This document shows positions 12,001 through 24,780 of a DNA stretch of 64,000 nt, one piece after another. Position 1 is the first letter of the stretch. Each line of letters opens with the position of its first letter. The stretch comes from Ruditapes philippinarum. Taxonomy: Eukaryota. Location of the stretch: positions 124,001 through 188,000 of the forward strand of contig NW_026857303.1 of the NCBI RefSeq assembly GCF_026571515.1, read 5' to 3'. A program made the position numbers and the translations under genes. Under the pieces are notes generated by a model. That model was not told the origin of the DNA. It did no database searches and saw only the letters and a program-made list of their open reading frames with translations.

Positions 12001-15000
12001 ATTAATCTAAAATATTCCTTATTATCAGAAAAAAAAGAAGAAATTGATAGATCATTGTCTTAGCAAACAGTATAAAAAAGTAAAACACGCAAATATTTTT
12101 TAAGATTTACGAACCTGTCCACTTTTATCTTGTGTATTATTGGTTAGTTTCAGCTTCTCAAACGATACCGTCTGCTTCATGAGTTGTTCTCCCGTGAATG
12201 CTCCGTCCGGGTGCATACACAGACGGCGTGGGGGTGGAGGGTCGGCCTTGCCTGCAACCAACCAGGAGGATCTGTGATAAGCATATCTGTATCGTTTCTT
12301 ATCCAAAGGTACAATGTCCATCAACACGGCGTAACGAGCAGTGGATTCGAGTCCAGTAAATGATACTCTCACTGTTGGAAACATCCGTCTGAAAGCAAAA
12401 CAGGGAGAGACATTTTAATACATGTATGATTTATAACACTAATATTAATCAATAATTAAACACGTATTTTCTCAATAATCCTTAATTGCGCACTGTAATT
12501 TTCAATTAGTTTTGACGTTTGCATATCTCATGTTTTCATTGGCCATCAATTTGTGCAAATATGATATCCCAAAATGACCTCTCTGACCTCCGCAATACGG
12601 TCCATCGGCGTTTTCAATATTAATCACTAAATCATAGGCTCGTGTCGTCTGCAGCGAAGGTGCTGCTCCCTTAATATATTTGCACTTGGAGCGAGAGCGT
12701 CCCTAGTCCATAAATCAAATTAACTTCCGTTTTCTTTAAGGGCTTGAATTTCTACTGACACCAGAACATTTCACATAAGTCTATAATTATCAGTATGGTT
12801 TATGTTGAGATATAATACGGGGTATTTAGTTTTATATTTCAACATTACCGTTCTGTTTTTCTTAATGTAAATGAAATGAAAGTACTGCGTATCGCCTTTT
12901 TTTCATAAATTTACAAAACATAAAGTATAAAGTAATACGTTATAGGGAGAAATGAAAAATAATTATCGGTATTGTTATTTCTAATTATTATTTCTCAATT
13001 TCTCAGCTTTACGTGTATTTTAAAGCTAGTGTGACTTGTCGTCAGATGATATCAAATAATGAATTATTATTCTAATATATAAACATTTTCGAAAGTGTTT
13101 TCTTAAATTCAAGAACATTCTTATATGTTATTCTGCCATGCCTTAATCTTAGTACATTAGTATTTACTGTGACTAGTTATCAACACGCACCACACATTTA
13201 CTTGTATAAAGTATAGCTCGTTTTAATGTTTTAACTGTCTGAATTTTCTACTTAATTCAGAAGGTATGTATATATTCACCAGTTCAAATTTTAAAGGTCC
13301 ATTCATCTTGCGCAACGTGTATTTTTATTTCGTAATGGTACGGTTAAGGTTTTGAAAGCTGTATTGTGGAATAAAAGTCTAATCAACCCCGCATATCCAT
13401 TACTTTCAGCAGTTAGATGTATAATTAAACCGACATTAAAATATTTAGAGCTGATTTGATGAGTTTTCTTCACACATATTTCCTGTTATCGCAGTTTTCA
13501 AGCTCGTAAATGATCCGTGCGTAAAAGAAGTGTTTATTTCTTTTGATTTTAAATAAATAAACTCGCGTGACGCAACTCACATTTTTAGTTTTTCGAGTGA
13601 AATTAAAGCCCCCATCGTTGAATGATCGGTCGCTGAAATTACAGGGTTCGTTTTGTGTTCGTGAAGAGTAACGTTGCGTGTTAAACTATAATTCATCCAA
13701 AGATATGTAACTTAGACTTTCAACTGATGAAAATGACTTTTCCTCGCGCAGTAAGGGAAATAAAACAAGTCATCAAATTATAATCCCGAAAAAGTAGTGC
13801 ACTGACAAATACGCAAAAAAAGAGAATAAGATTGTACACTATATAGGCGCAAGTAAAATTAGTTAATATCAATTTATATAATAAAAAAGGATACTATTAT
13901 ATATTTGTTTTAATCTATAAGACGTTCATCATGTAGTTTATTAAAGATTGTAGTGAATTAAAACACCTTCCCGGGTACCAATCAATATCCGAATTTATAT
14001 CTTCTTCTTGATTACATTACATATTAACTTGAAACCATGAGTCATCGGACAAAACTGTATAATATGGATTAATTCATCAAGATATTTACATGTATACAAA
14101 GATCCCACACAAATAAAAAGACAATGTATTTTGGTATGACTCACACCTCGAGTTACCCAGAGTGTCATTTTTGAGGTTCATTCATTCAAAAAAACTTACA
14201 ATCAAAACCTCGAGATTTACAACTATAACGTTTCAACAACTGACATGTTTTATTAACTAAATCTCTAATCCACTAGTTTGATTTTAACCGCAGAAGAAAG
14301 ATTTCAATTTTTGATAACCACATAAGGTTTCTTCATGATGAATGGTAAGGTTAATAGTAGTTGATAGTCTGTATTGTGTACATTTTAAAGCCTAATAATT
14401 GTGTCATTTAGTTATCTCTCATCGTGTTGACGGCCGCTACAAACACTGTAATTGACCGAACTTTGGCTATTTCATCTGAATAAACTTTTTTTTCGGAACG
14501 CTAGGAAGAAATTGCGGTCATTGTACCAAGGTTGACCATCTGGCTGCTTTATATACTTAAGTTTGAACGCAAGTATGTTAAGAAAGAACTATTCAACAGT
14601 TATTTTGACAGTAAGAGAACATTGCAATATGTTTGTGCGAGAAAATCGTGCATTCTGTGATGCAGGTGTCAAATGCGCATATTGTACTTCAGTTTAGCAC
14701 GGTGCGATACTGCATTTATTGAACATCTCCAAAATGATATCGTATTATCAAAATTAACAGAAACGTGTAAAGATTGAGGTAATAACGCTACTTATAGACA
14801 GACTGCTATTCTTTGAGTATATTTTATAAGCATTAGACCGAATTATAAAGTCAAGCGTCGAACTTGATTTGAAATAAAGAAACATTCTCACGATTATGTC
14901 GTATCACTCATGCTCAGCGTTCCTTGTATCATATTATATATATGCACTGCATTAACTTAAGATGTATGCAAGCTGTCTCTTCTAGAATGATTATAACGTT

Positions 15001-18000
15001 TTATATCAATTACTTGCAGATAACAGATATATTCTAATTCTAATATATTATCTTAATTAAATTGAAAATTATCTCGTGTAATTTTAGGAATACCCTGCAA
15101 AGTTTTTAAAATTCTCGATCGCGATAAGCACGGAATTTTCAAATAATTCAAACATTAATACACATTTTATTAGATGCGAATTAGCCCCATTTTGCATCCC
15201 GCTATATAAATATTAGCCTTTTCTATCAGAAAACTTGTTAGATTTAACAGCTATCGAGTTTCTTAATGTCAAATTCTTTCCTTCGGCCAGCGAAATTATC
15301 GAGTTGTGTTATCAAATTCCTATAAACACATCACAATGATTGATTTACAGCCCTTTCAAAACTACGTCTTTATCAGCAAAGTACAAAATACCTTGAAAAG
15401 AATCGATGATTAAATAATGAAAGCTGATCAGTTTTCGCCAAGGGGTACTACAAGGCGATATCTTGACACCTTTCCACTTCAACATCTTCATTTCAACTGC
15501 ACCGAAACACGACTTGATACGAAAGTATTTTGACTAAAGACATCTACATTTATGAGAAATGTTCCCCAAGGTGTGAAATTCTAAACTTCCTATCTGTTAA
15601 ATTCTATGTAAACGTCGCATGACACAATATTGTTACAAAAGTTATTTGATAAAATCTTAAATAGAATTTATGTCAAAAAGAACAAATAAACAAACAAGAA
15701 ATAAAAGTCTTACATAAACATTACGGAGCATCCTCCACCCTACCCCAACTAACTCATAAATAAGCTAACAGGAAACCTCGCAAGCAAACTTTACAGACAT
15801 TGGATAAAGGAAAACGCGTGTGCAAGTATTGAAACAAAATATATAAACCGTACACAAATAATTTGCCATTATTAGCACGAAATTCAAATAAAAATACGAA
15901 AAATAATCAGTTCTATTTCTTAACAAGTAAACAAAGTATCAACACATAAAATGAAATAAAAAATATCTTCAAAGAAATTTTCGCGATTGGAATATTTAGT
16001 CACACGTCTTGCCGGCAGCGTTATATTTATTGTCAGGCACGTTTGCGACTTCATAACGAGTATGTTTTGTATAGTTTCTCACATTTCAAACTCGTACATT
16101 GTAACCCTTTCCCTTTTGTCTTTTGCTTAATTTGCATATATACATTTATTCAAATGCGGCGGTGCTTTACTTTGTTTTCTCCTCATTAAAATCAATCGCC
16201 CAAGTTAACCTCTCCAGTGAATAATGAGTGTTGTTCACACAAGTTCACCTTCACTGTTCCGCCATTAATTTCGTGGGTCGTTATAGTTCTAACAGAAACC
16301 AGACCAGTAAAAGACGTAATGTTTCTTTTGGAAGACATGTAAATATTGTGTTGTCCTTCCAACGCTCTCCAAAATTTAATTTGACGTTAAGTTTTTATCA
16401 TTTTAAAATCTATCAAGTAATTGTAGCAGTATTTTAACACCTGGGCTTTAGTTAAAAACTTGCATGGTAGACTTATATATCATTTTTTGTTTGCTAAATG
16501 TAACCCCATACTTAACAATTCTCTTCAAGTTATTGATGATTAACCTTGGTTTCTTTTTTGTTTGGAAACTAAAATATGAAGCGTTTGGAATGGTTAGATA
16601 TCGTGATACTGAAGAATTAAACACATGGTCATGTTATTTAACAGTGCATTTTAGAGCAATGGGGTGGGTTATATCAATTAAAAAGAAACAATGATCATTG
16701 AAAAGCAATGAACGAATTACCACAAATTACGGGTTTCAAAAACTAACACATTATTCGATGACTAATTTAAATTGACGAAGCACCTGTCTTAACACTGCTT
16801 TGATTTCTTAAATTTATATGGCATTTTATGTTTTGTTTTGTTTTTTTCGGTGTTTTTCTTCTTCTTTTTCTTCTTCGCCAAATTAAAATTAATTTGAACA
16901 AATCAAAGATTAAGTTGAACAGATAAGTCACAGCTGCATCTACTTCTTGGTGACGGAATTGCTTTAAAAATGATTTTAAAATGATTTTTTTAATGATTCA
17001 CGACTGATGTAACATTTGTACACATTGCAATAATATTTCATTATTTTATTGAAAATAATAAAGGATTTACATTATTCCACTATTTAAACCCCTTACCCTT
17101 TCAATAAATATATCTTGTACATATTTTATGATAGTGAATTTGAACAATACAAGGGTTGCGCTTATTTGTTAGTTAAAAATATAAAACGTTATGTCAATCC
17201 TCATTTTTTCCCTTTTATATATTACATGCGAATAATTAAGATTTTATTTTAATTAGTTTATGGTCTAGTTTCAATCTGAATATTTTATTTCACTTTCTTT
17301 ATTTTCTTTATTTAAATCAAGAAAGAAACAATCCCTAAACATTGTTCATTTCTGAAAAACATATCGCATTTCTGTGAACATATCGACTTGAATAACGGAA
17401 ATAGTTCCTTTAAAAGAAACCGTTTAATTATTGCAGACAGCGCGCTATTTTCTTCCCATTTTCTTTCAAAGTGGTTAAAGCTTTACGAGATATTTTTTTG
17501 TAAATTCTTATATTTGTAAGAAATGATATGATTGTCTACATCTAAAATTTCTATATATGACTGATTATTTTTTTTTATTCAACATGATAAAACTCTTACC
17601 TGCCGCTTTTTGTAATTATCATCTCAGTTCCGAGCTCACTGAACTTTTCCCATAATTCTCTCGTCTCAAGTTTGCATTTAACGGCGATTAGGGAGTCGGG
17701 ACACGCAACGACGGGGCTGGGCGTTCGTACGGGTGAGAAAGCGCCCGAGTCGTTTGGTGAGACGCACTCATCCCGGACTGAATCTGTATCTCTGACAGAG
17801 TCCGATTCTGAGTCGCTTACTGTAAATAAAAATAATATTGTTTGAGCAAGATTCCTATGTACGAATTTATAATGTACGAGTAATTAAATAGTATTTAAAT
17901 AAATATTAGAAAATATTAATACTGCAAGTGATGAGGGTTACGGGAAATTCAGAGTACCTTTGCATTTCTAAATGCGTAGAAACGGATAAATCATTGAAAA

Positions 18001-19279
18001 ATTTATTATTTTTATTACAAATATTAACTAGATAATACAGTTTAAACTGTTTAATGTTACAATAAATCGTACATTATTTTTCAATAAACAGATGAGACTA
18101 TGGTCTGTATGTTTTTTTCTCAAAGAAAGTGAATATTTATATTTTATATGTCATAATAAATCTAAACAAATATAGCAAAAAGGATAGTTTATATCTGGTT
18201 ACAAGCCTTGCTTAAATATATATATTTATAAAAAGAATGTATTTGTCTTTCGTTCCTTTACTTTAATCAATTATCATTTATTCGGCATCTTTTTACAAGC
18301 TAAACTTATCTTTATATTTTAATAGAATAATCATTATATCACTTAATTAAATCACGATAAAATTTAAACAAATATTTATTTTCTTTATTCATAAACAAAT
18401 CGGTGATGATTACAAAGCAATAAAACTTATCGATTTACATGATTTTTGACGGTTTAATTACCCTTTGAACATGCCGCTGTATTTATATTTCAAGTTAGTA
18501 ATTGCTTTTAGGCAAAAAATATAGAAAGATTAATATCAAAATACATGTTTACTGTTGATATTTTTTTTCAAATCATTATTTATGATTTTAATCTATTTTT
18601 TCTTCTTTTCTATTTTTATGAGGTTTGTTAATAAATTATTTTCAGTTTGTAAGTAATAAAGAAAAAAACATGATAGCGTTAGATATATTCTTACATGATT
18701 TCATATACAGTTTCTTCTATTAGATATTAAAAGTCTATAAAAATTAGGAAAAATGAACATTCCTATGAGAAAATGAATTTACAAACAAAATGTACAAAAT
18801 GATCAGGCGCTTTTTTAAAGAGAAATTAAAATGTGTCTGTTTACAGTAAAATAATGAGTTTAATATTTTAATAATACATTTTGTTTCTTCAAAGCAATAT
18901 TCATATATTCATACAAGTATACAATAAATATTAAAGTAATATATTAAATTCATAGCTTTATATTTTACATAATCCCCAGCATGCGTTAGTTGCTTCTTAA
19001 TTGAAATTTGCATTACTCTTCTATTAAAATTATCATTGAAATTTTCATTCCAATGTTTGCTTATGTCAGCAGAATCTCCTGCAGATTTGCATCAGAAATA
19101 AGTCACTTTGAAAAAAGCGATTTAAAAGTAGAAATATACTTACTAGACGGTGATACATTATCCGCCGATCTTTTCAATGGTTGTTCACCAATTATTGCGG
19201 CGATGGAGAAAGCCGACGCTTTTGTAGACATTTTCAAACCCGTCGGCGAAGAGTTCCTTTCGATTTCGTCTTGGATCAT
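9013..19279 (-). CDS. TBX20: T-box transcription factor Tbx20 (H15/midline class), 7 coding exons, 429 aa
   Basis: Exons 19279-19144, 17819-17600, 12388-12115, 11893-11732, 10971-10895, 10118-10003, 9317-9013, all GT-AG with continuous frame (1290 nt). N-terminal eh1 motif FSIAAII; T-box [23 protein letters not shown]...[21 protein letters not shown]...[12 protein letters not shown]...[35 protein letters not shown], diagnostic of Tbx20. Confidence 0.95.
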
Positions 19280-19599
19280 TTTTATTTAAATTTACAATTG
19301 CACTATGTTTTAAAACAATAAACACAACAGTTAAATGTCAGTCTTAAAAGTATTATTTCCGTCGGGTTTCGCTTTTGTCTCCCTGCGCGTAGTTAACTAA
19401 GCGATATATTCCTGCACATGCAAGTGAGTTGCTGTTTTGGAGAAACTTAATCGATTCTGACAGTCCAACATTGATTTCATTACACTCTTCACACTCAAAC
19501 AAGATTTTATTTTCATGGAATGAGACATTAACAACTTTGCCCATTATTTTGTAATCCTATAGAGCCTGTGTGTAGAATAGCGGCTGCCGAACATCAGAT

Positions 19600-19700
19600 G
19601 TAACGTGAGCTTCTATTGGTTAATCGCCCACAGAGCGGAGTGATATTACAAATGGTGGGCGGGCTCAGTTTTATCGACCAATCGCATAATTAGATTATAA
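19600..19700 (-). promoter_or_regulatory. Putative Tbx20 proximal promoter
   Basis: ATTGG (~19615), GGGCGG (~19657) and CCAAT (~19678) clustered 330-400 bp upstream of the ATG in a locally GC-richer patch. Confidence 0.45.
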
Positions 19701-21564
19701 ACGTCTTATCTGAGCGAAGAATCGACAAATGTCTTCAATCATTTCGCTGCCGCTGCAATAGCTCTAATTAGAAAATGTGTTTCAAAAAAAATATTTCATT
19801 GGGGGTAAGGGGTTAGACAACTTAAAATGCCATAGCAGTTACACCAGGCGATGATAAAATAGTGTTTTTATAATATTGTAGCATATCTCCGATCTCATGA
19901 ATTTGCTGAAATTATCGAAAAAAGATCATTGCCTTTTTAATATCATTGTGAAATAAACTTCAAAGATGTATCGCTCACTTATAATGAATATGTTTATTTT
20001 GTTCTTAATTAATTGTGAATTCGCAAAAACATAATTACTGAGGCTAACAGATATAGGTTCTTTGACTCGCTGCCAGTGTATTTGGTGGGGTCTCTTTAGT
20101 ACTATGGGTGGGGTCTTGAAGTGCGTCTGAAAGAAAACAGAAATGGCGATAAAATACTTTAGAAAAGCAGACGTGAATTGTAGCAGAATGAAAGATACAA
20201 ACGTAAATTTTGCGGAACAAATTGATGCAAATTAAGACTGTATGCATTTCAACTAGAGAAAATATTTGACTGCCCCACAAGTTGTTTCTATATATTTATT
20301 GGCATTTTCAGTCTTGCAAACAAATTGTGTATATATGTTGTCCTGCGTTGCACTTTGATTTACGTAATGTATACGTCATCAAGTGATTTCTGACATTAAC
20401 CAAAAAATCTAAAAACACTTCCAAACAATGTGGAATAGCTGAAGAGTAGATCTGTGATTTTCAAATGTTGTCCCAAAAATAGCAAGTAAAGCTTCTATAA
20501 GTTTTTTTTGCTCTTCAAAATAATATGGCGTTGAAGGTTTATTTGAGAAACTATGCAGTTGCTATTATATTAATGCTAACGTAAAGTGACAAAAAATCTT
20601 TTTTTTTAAGAAATGTAGCTTTACGTTTGCTTATCATTGTTGTTGAAACCTTGAATTAATATAAAATAGTTGACTTGTGAATATTTCATAGATGTCTCCG
20701 TCCCTCAAGTTAGTTTCGAATTTGAATTCAACCAGCACAATGACGGATTGGTCAGTACTATATTACAACAAACAAACACTTTATCATCTACTGCTTAAAA
20801 GTACATTTATCAAATCTATACAGTTGTTTCCGAAACATATCGTGCTTTTGCTGATTAAACAGAACAAATAAATAGCCTCAATTTTGTTACATTCTTCAAT
20901 CTTAGTTACAAATTTCAACAACCGACAATTAAACGAAATCGTATTTTTGCGCACGTTTAAAATACTGCTTTGTTTTCTTTTATCTTTTAAGATCTGAGGT
21001 TACGTCCCATTCAATGTTATCGTTGATTCTAAAATTTGATAAAAATCACCGTTTTGTATTTTTGAAAGATAATTGCACCTCTAAGATGTTTAAGGATCGA
21101 GTTAAGTTGTTACATTTAGGACAGGTGACTCAACGTTACGCAGTTCTATCTAATTAAATGAATCTCGCACGGCAGTTGAATTCTTTTTGAAAATAAATAA
21201 ACCGGTAATTAATTTAGGTTTTTATCTATTTAATCTTCGTTATTGTACTATAGGAATTTATGGGTTTTTATATATATAAATGTACATATTGTTAAACAAT
21301 ATATATAAGATTTGTGGGATATTTTTGATTTTTTTAAAGCTGGGGTTTCAGTGACTAATGAATTAATGTTAAAAATGTACCAAAATAAAGAAAAAAGACC
21401 AGTTGATAGTGATGTAGAGCTTTCTCATGCTAAATGTGAATATAGTTTTGCAGTGACTAAATCATCATTCATACAGAAATAAAAAAAATAAAAGTAAGTT
21501 TTCATACACAAAATAGAAACAAATAAGTAATGAAAAAAGTTCCCAAATGTTTTTACAAAAAAAC

Positions 21565-21750
21565 ATCATAGTGATCCCTCGGAAGCATTAATTATAACAA
21601 AATTACATGAATAATGCAGACTCGGTTTTTGATTGGGTCTTCACATGAGGAATAATGAATAAGTGCAACATTCCTAACACACCTAGCACCGGCTTGAGCG
21701 GTACTCAATTCTCAACAAAATCCGCGCACTTTAATTATAACATATCAATT
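21565..21750 (-). repeat. Second copy of the interspersed repeat at 6340-6520
   Basis: cctagcaccggcttgagc core plus flanking tgcagactcggttt and gtgatccc..ggaagcattaa matches. Confidence 0.75.
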
Positions 21751-22524
21751 TAGTCCAAAAATCGGAAAGTGGGAGGGTTTAATAACCAACAACGTATTTA
21801 ATTCCATTCTTTAGAGTATGCATTTTAAATTCTTTAGCGTTTTAGGAAACATATACTTATCTAGGAAATTTAATGTTAACTACAATATATAGAATCTGTA
21901 ACCATAACAACGACGAGTTCACTTCCTAAGTAAAGTAACCTATAAAAGTAGTAAAATAGATGTTTTCTTCGTGCATATTCACGAAACGTACGATACAAAC
22001 AGTAATATAAATTGACTCGTTTCCAACAGTTGCTCGTTCTCTCTCTAAACTTTTGTTGGCATACGTTATATTCATGGGAGATACGGCAACTGTAAATTAA
22101 CGTCTGAATATTATGTTGGAAATATATAATTTGCGAGATGCATGCTGCCCTGTAAGTTTTCCAATTTGTTGTTTTAAAAATGTGGAAATTAGTCTATTTC
22201 TAATGTTGTGTAAATTAACCGTTACATCAGACAATCTGTAAAAAATCCAGTCGCTTATTTCATTCCAGAAATTAATAATGTCTGCTTTAGACAATTAATA
22301 AGGCATATTTTTGTTTAAGAATATACAGTCTCTTCTTAAAAAGATAAGTAAAATACTGGTGAATTGTGTTTTATAACCACGTATTTTGCAGATATAGTAA
22401 TTGGTTTATTAAAATGGGTTTTCATTAGACAAATTTATCGCCTCTTCAGTTCAAACACAATTGTTTTACTTCAATTTTATGAAAGCATGATGCTTTTTTT
22501 AAACCATTTTTTAAGAATAAATCG

Positions 22525-22605
22525 GTTTGGGTGTCATGATGGTAGCCCACGTAGGGCTCTTACCACAGTGCGTAAGTTAAGAGGCAGACACCTTAGCACT
22601 TTGTT
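22525..22605 (-). mobile_element. Degraded tRNA-derived SINE head
   Basis: Minus strand gtgctaaggtgtctgcctc...ggtaagagccctacgtggg...catcatgac, tRNA-like A/B-box remnants. Confidence 0.3.
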
Positions 22606-22932
22606 CAACTGTTCCCGTTTGATCGTTGAAGCTACACAATCATGATTTTAATGCTAAAGGAGTATACATGTAATATGCATCTGACCATTTCTCTACAATG
22701 AAAGGTACTGTTCTAAAATTGTCTGCATATACACATTTAGATTACCTTCACAATTCTTAATATGTTTTGAAGATGAAATACGAAAAATAACTATTTCAAT
22801 ATACTTTAACGGTGTGTGTTTGTTTATGTGCGTGAGTGCGTGCGCTCCTAATTCAAAATGTTTACAATATAAAGAAAAATTACAACAAGTGAATAATATA
22901 TCAATCTTTTCTTGTTGTTCCATTTTTTATTA

Positions 22933-24397
22933 TTATACCTCATACAAAAGCACAGCAGAGAATGTCGTGAATCTATAGGCATCATGACTCTCAATATGGG
23001 CGTTGCCAGTGATCACCTCTACCCACATATTTTGCCCCTTTGTCAGACGAACGAGCACAACATTACCGCCCTGGTCTATATGACGATTTTGTATCGTCTC
23101 GGCACAGGCAGAAGAAACAATTGTATTATCAACATTAAGCTGAACTAGGACCTATTAAATATAAAGTAAAAACACTTTTGATTAATTAGAATAACAACGA
23201 AACATGACGTTACAAAAATCTTTAATACTCTTCAATGTACGAAATATCTGACCTCATTTAAAGTACTATGCCAAACATACAACTATTCAAATAACGCTAT
23301 GGATACAAGATTAGCATAAATTTTGCATTAACATGTTAAGTTACTAGAATAAAAAACGAGAATAAAGATTAACAAGGCAAAGGCAACGTTCACAGGACGC
23401 AGCCCCCGGACACACCCAATCAGGGCACACAGAAGAAAATTCACTTTTAACATGCAATATATTAAATTATATTATTATACGCTTTTAAACAAGGGATCAT
23501 ATACTAAATGTCATAAGTACCAAAATAAGATAAATAAAAATTACAAAACAATTATGAAATCCCTACCTGGTTTACGTCTCGATCAGCTATGAAAAACGAC
23601 ACCAGGTACACACCGCTGACAGGGCATGTGAAAATACCAGTGTGGTTGTTGTATGCATTTCCGTCGTTCAAGACAGCGCCATCAAATCTGATGGTCTTGT
23701 GTTCAGCCACGTTGCTTTGGTAGTTAGTCACATATGAAGAAAAGGCTACCGGACCATTTTCAAAGTTGTCTGATAGCAAAAACTTCTTTGATCTTCGCTT
23801 TTCTGCAAACATAGTAACATTATGACTAGCTATACTTGATCAAAGGTATTTGACAGATTTGTTTCCAAGTTAAAATGCAGTGTTCCTTGCTGTTTAAACA
23901 ATGGACTTTTCTTACCTGAGTGATTTTAGTAATCTCTTGTATATGATATATTCCTTAAGTATTTGTAGATCGACTTAAAGATATTTCTATCCTTCCTTCT
24001 AGGTAATGACCCGATTTCTTTTGCGTAACCGTCTGAAAACTGCAAAAGGTATATGCTATCTTATTGGCTGTACACTAATCTCTGTGGTACGTATTTCTCG
24101 TTACGAAAAGTTTAATGAACGCAAGATTTACGCTTTTAAGTTACTAATTTTTGAAATGTTTTAATTTCACATGGTTAAGAAAACCAATCGTTTTGTACCT
24201 AATCACGATAATGTATATACCTTTCACTTACCTGAATTGTTTTCGCAGACCTGAACCCTATTTTTCAAATCCTCGACTTCATTTTGCAGAGCTTTCATTT
24301 GCTTTGCCAGACTCTTAATGTCAATGTCACCTTCATCCAGCTTTGAAAATGTCGCTAAAGCGACAAAACTGGCGAGATAGAACAACGTTTTTAACAT
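22933..24397 (-). CDS. Secreted C1q-domain-containing (C1qDC) protein, 3 exons, 206 aa
   Basis: Exons 24397-24232, 23802-23567, 23151-22933 (621 nt, in frame). Signal peptide MLKTLFYLASFVALATFS, coiled coil (LAKQMKALQNEVEDLKNRV), basic KRRSKK linker, globular C1q domain (VAFSSY...IRFDGAVLNDGNAYNNHTGIFTCPVSGVYLVSF...GGNVVLVRLTKGQNMWV...TTFSAVLLYEV*). Confidence 0.9.
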
Positions 24398-24592
24398 CTC
24401 GGACGGGAGAATAGCATGAATAGAATATAAAGCTGTTTGTGACAGAAGTCTTATCTTACCATACTGACCTAAACTTTGTTTATTGCAAAAGCTCTGTGCA
24501 CTTTGATCGAAGATAAGTAGAGAGAATGATAGTAACATAACATTGAGGAACCATTCGCTTTAATGTCTTTATCAACCAAATGTCAGTACACT

Positions 24593-24780
24593 TTTTGTTT
24601 GTTTTTCGTTTTGTTTGGTTTTACGGCTCACCAACACAACGATTTAAGTCTGACGGCACCAGAACTGGAAAGATGATTTTGACAAACCTCGGGGGTTACT
24701 AAATTAAAGCAACACCCGAGGCCAAAACCACCTTACCTACTGGAGCTAAGAGGTCCATAGCCTCCGGGAATTCGAACCTA
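24593..24780 (-). mobile_element. 5'-truncated tRNA-derived SINE just upstream of the C1qDC gene
   Basis: Minus-strand B box GGTTCGAATTCC at ~24767-24778; 3' tail ...gccgtaaaaccaaacaaaacgaaaaacaaacaaaa; a related tail fragment at ~34595-34625. Confidence 0.6.

Noticed and set aside
19008-19289. 93-aa plus-strand ORF
   Set aside because: Antisense shadow of Tbx20 exon 1; the ORFs at 9102, 9934 and 22912 are likewise shadows of Tbx20 or C1qDC exons.
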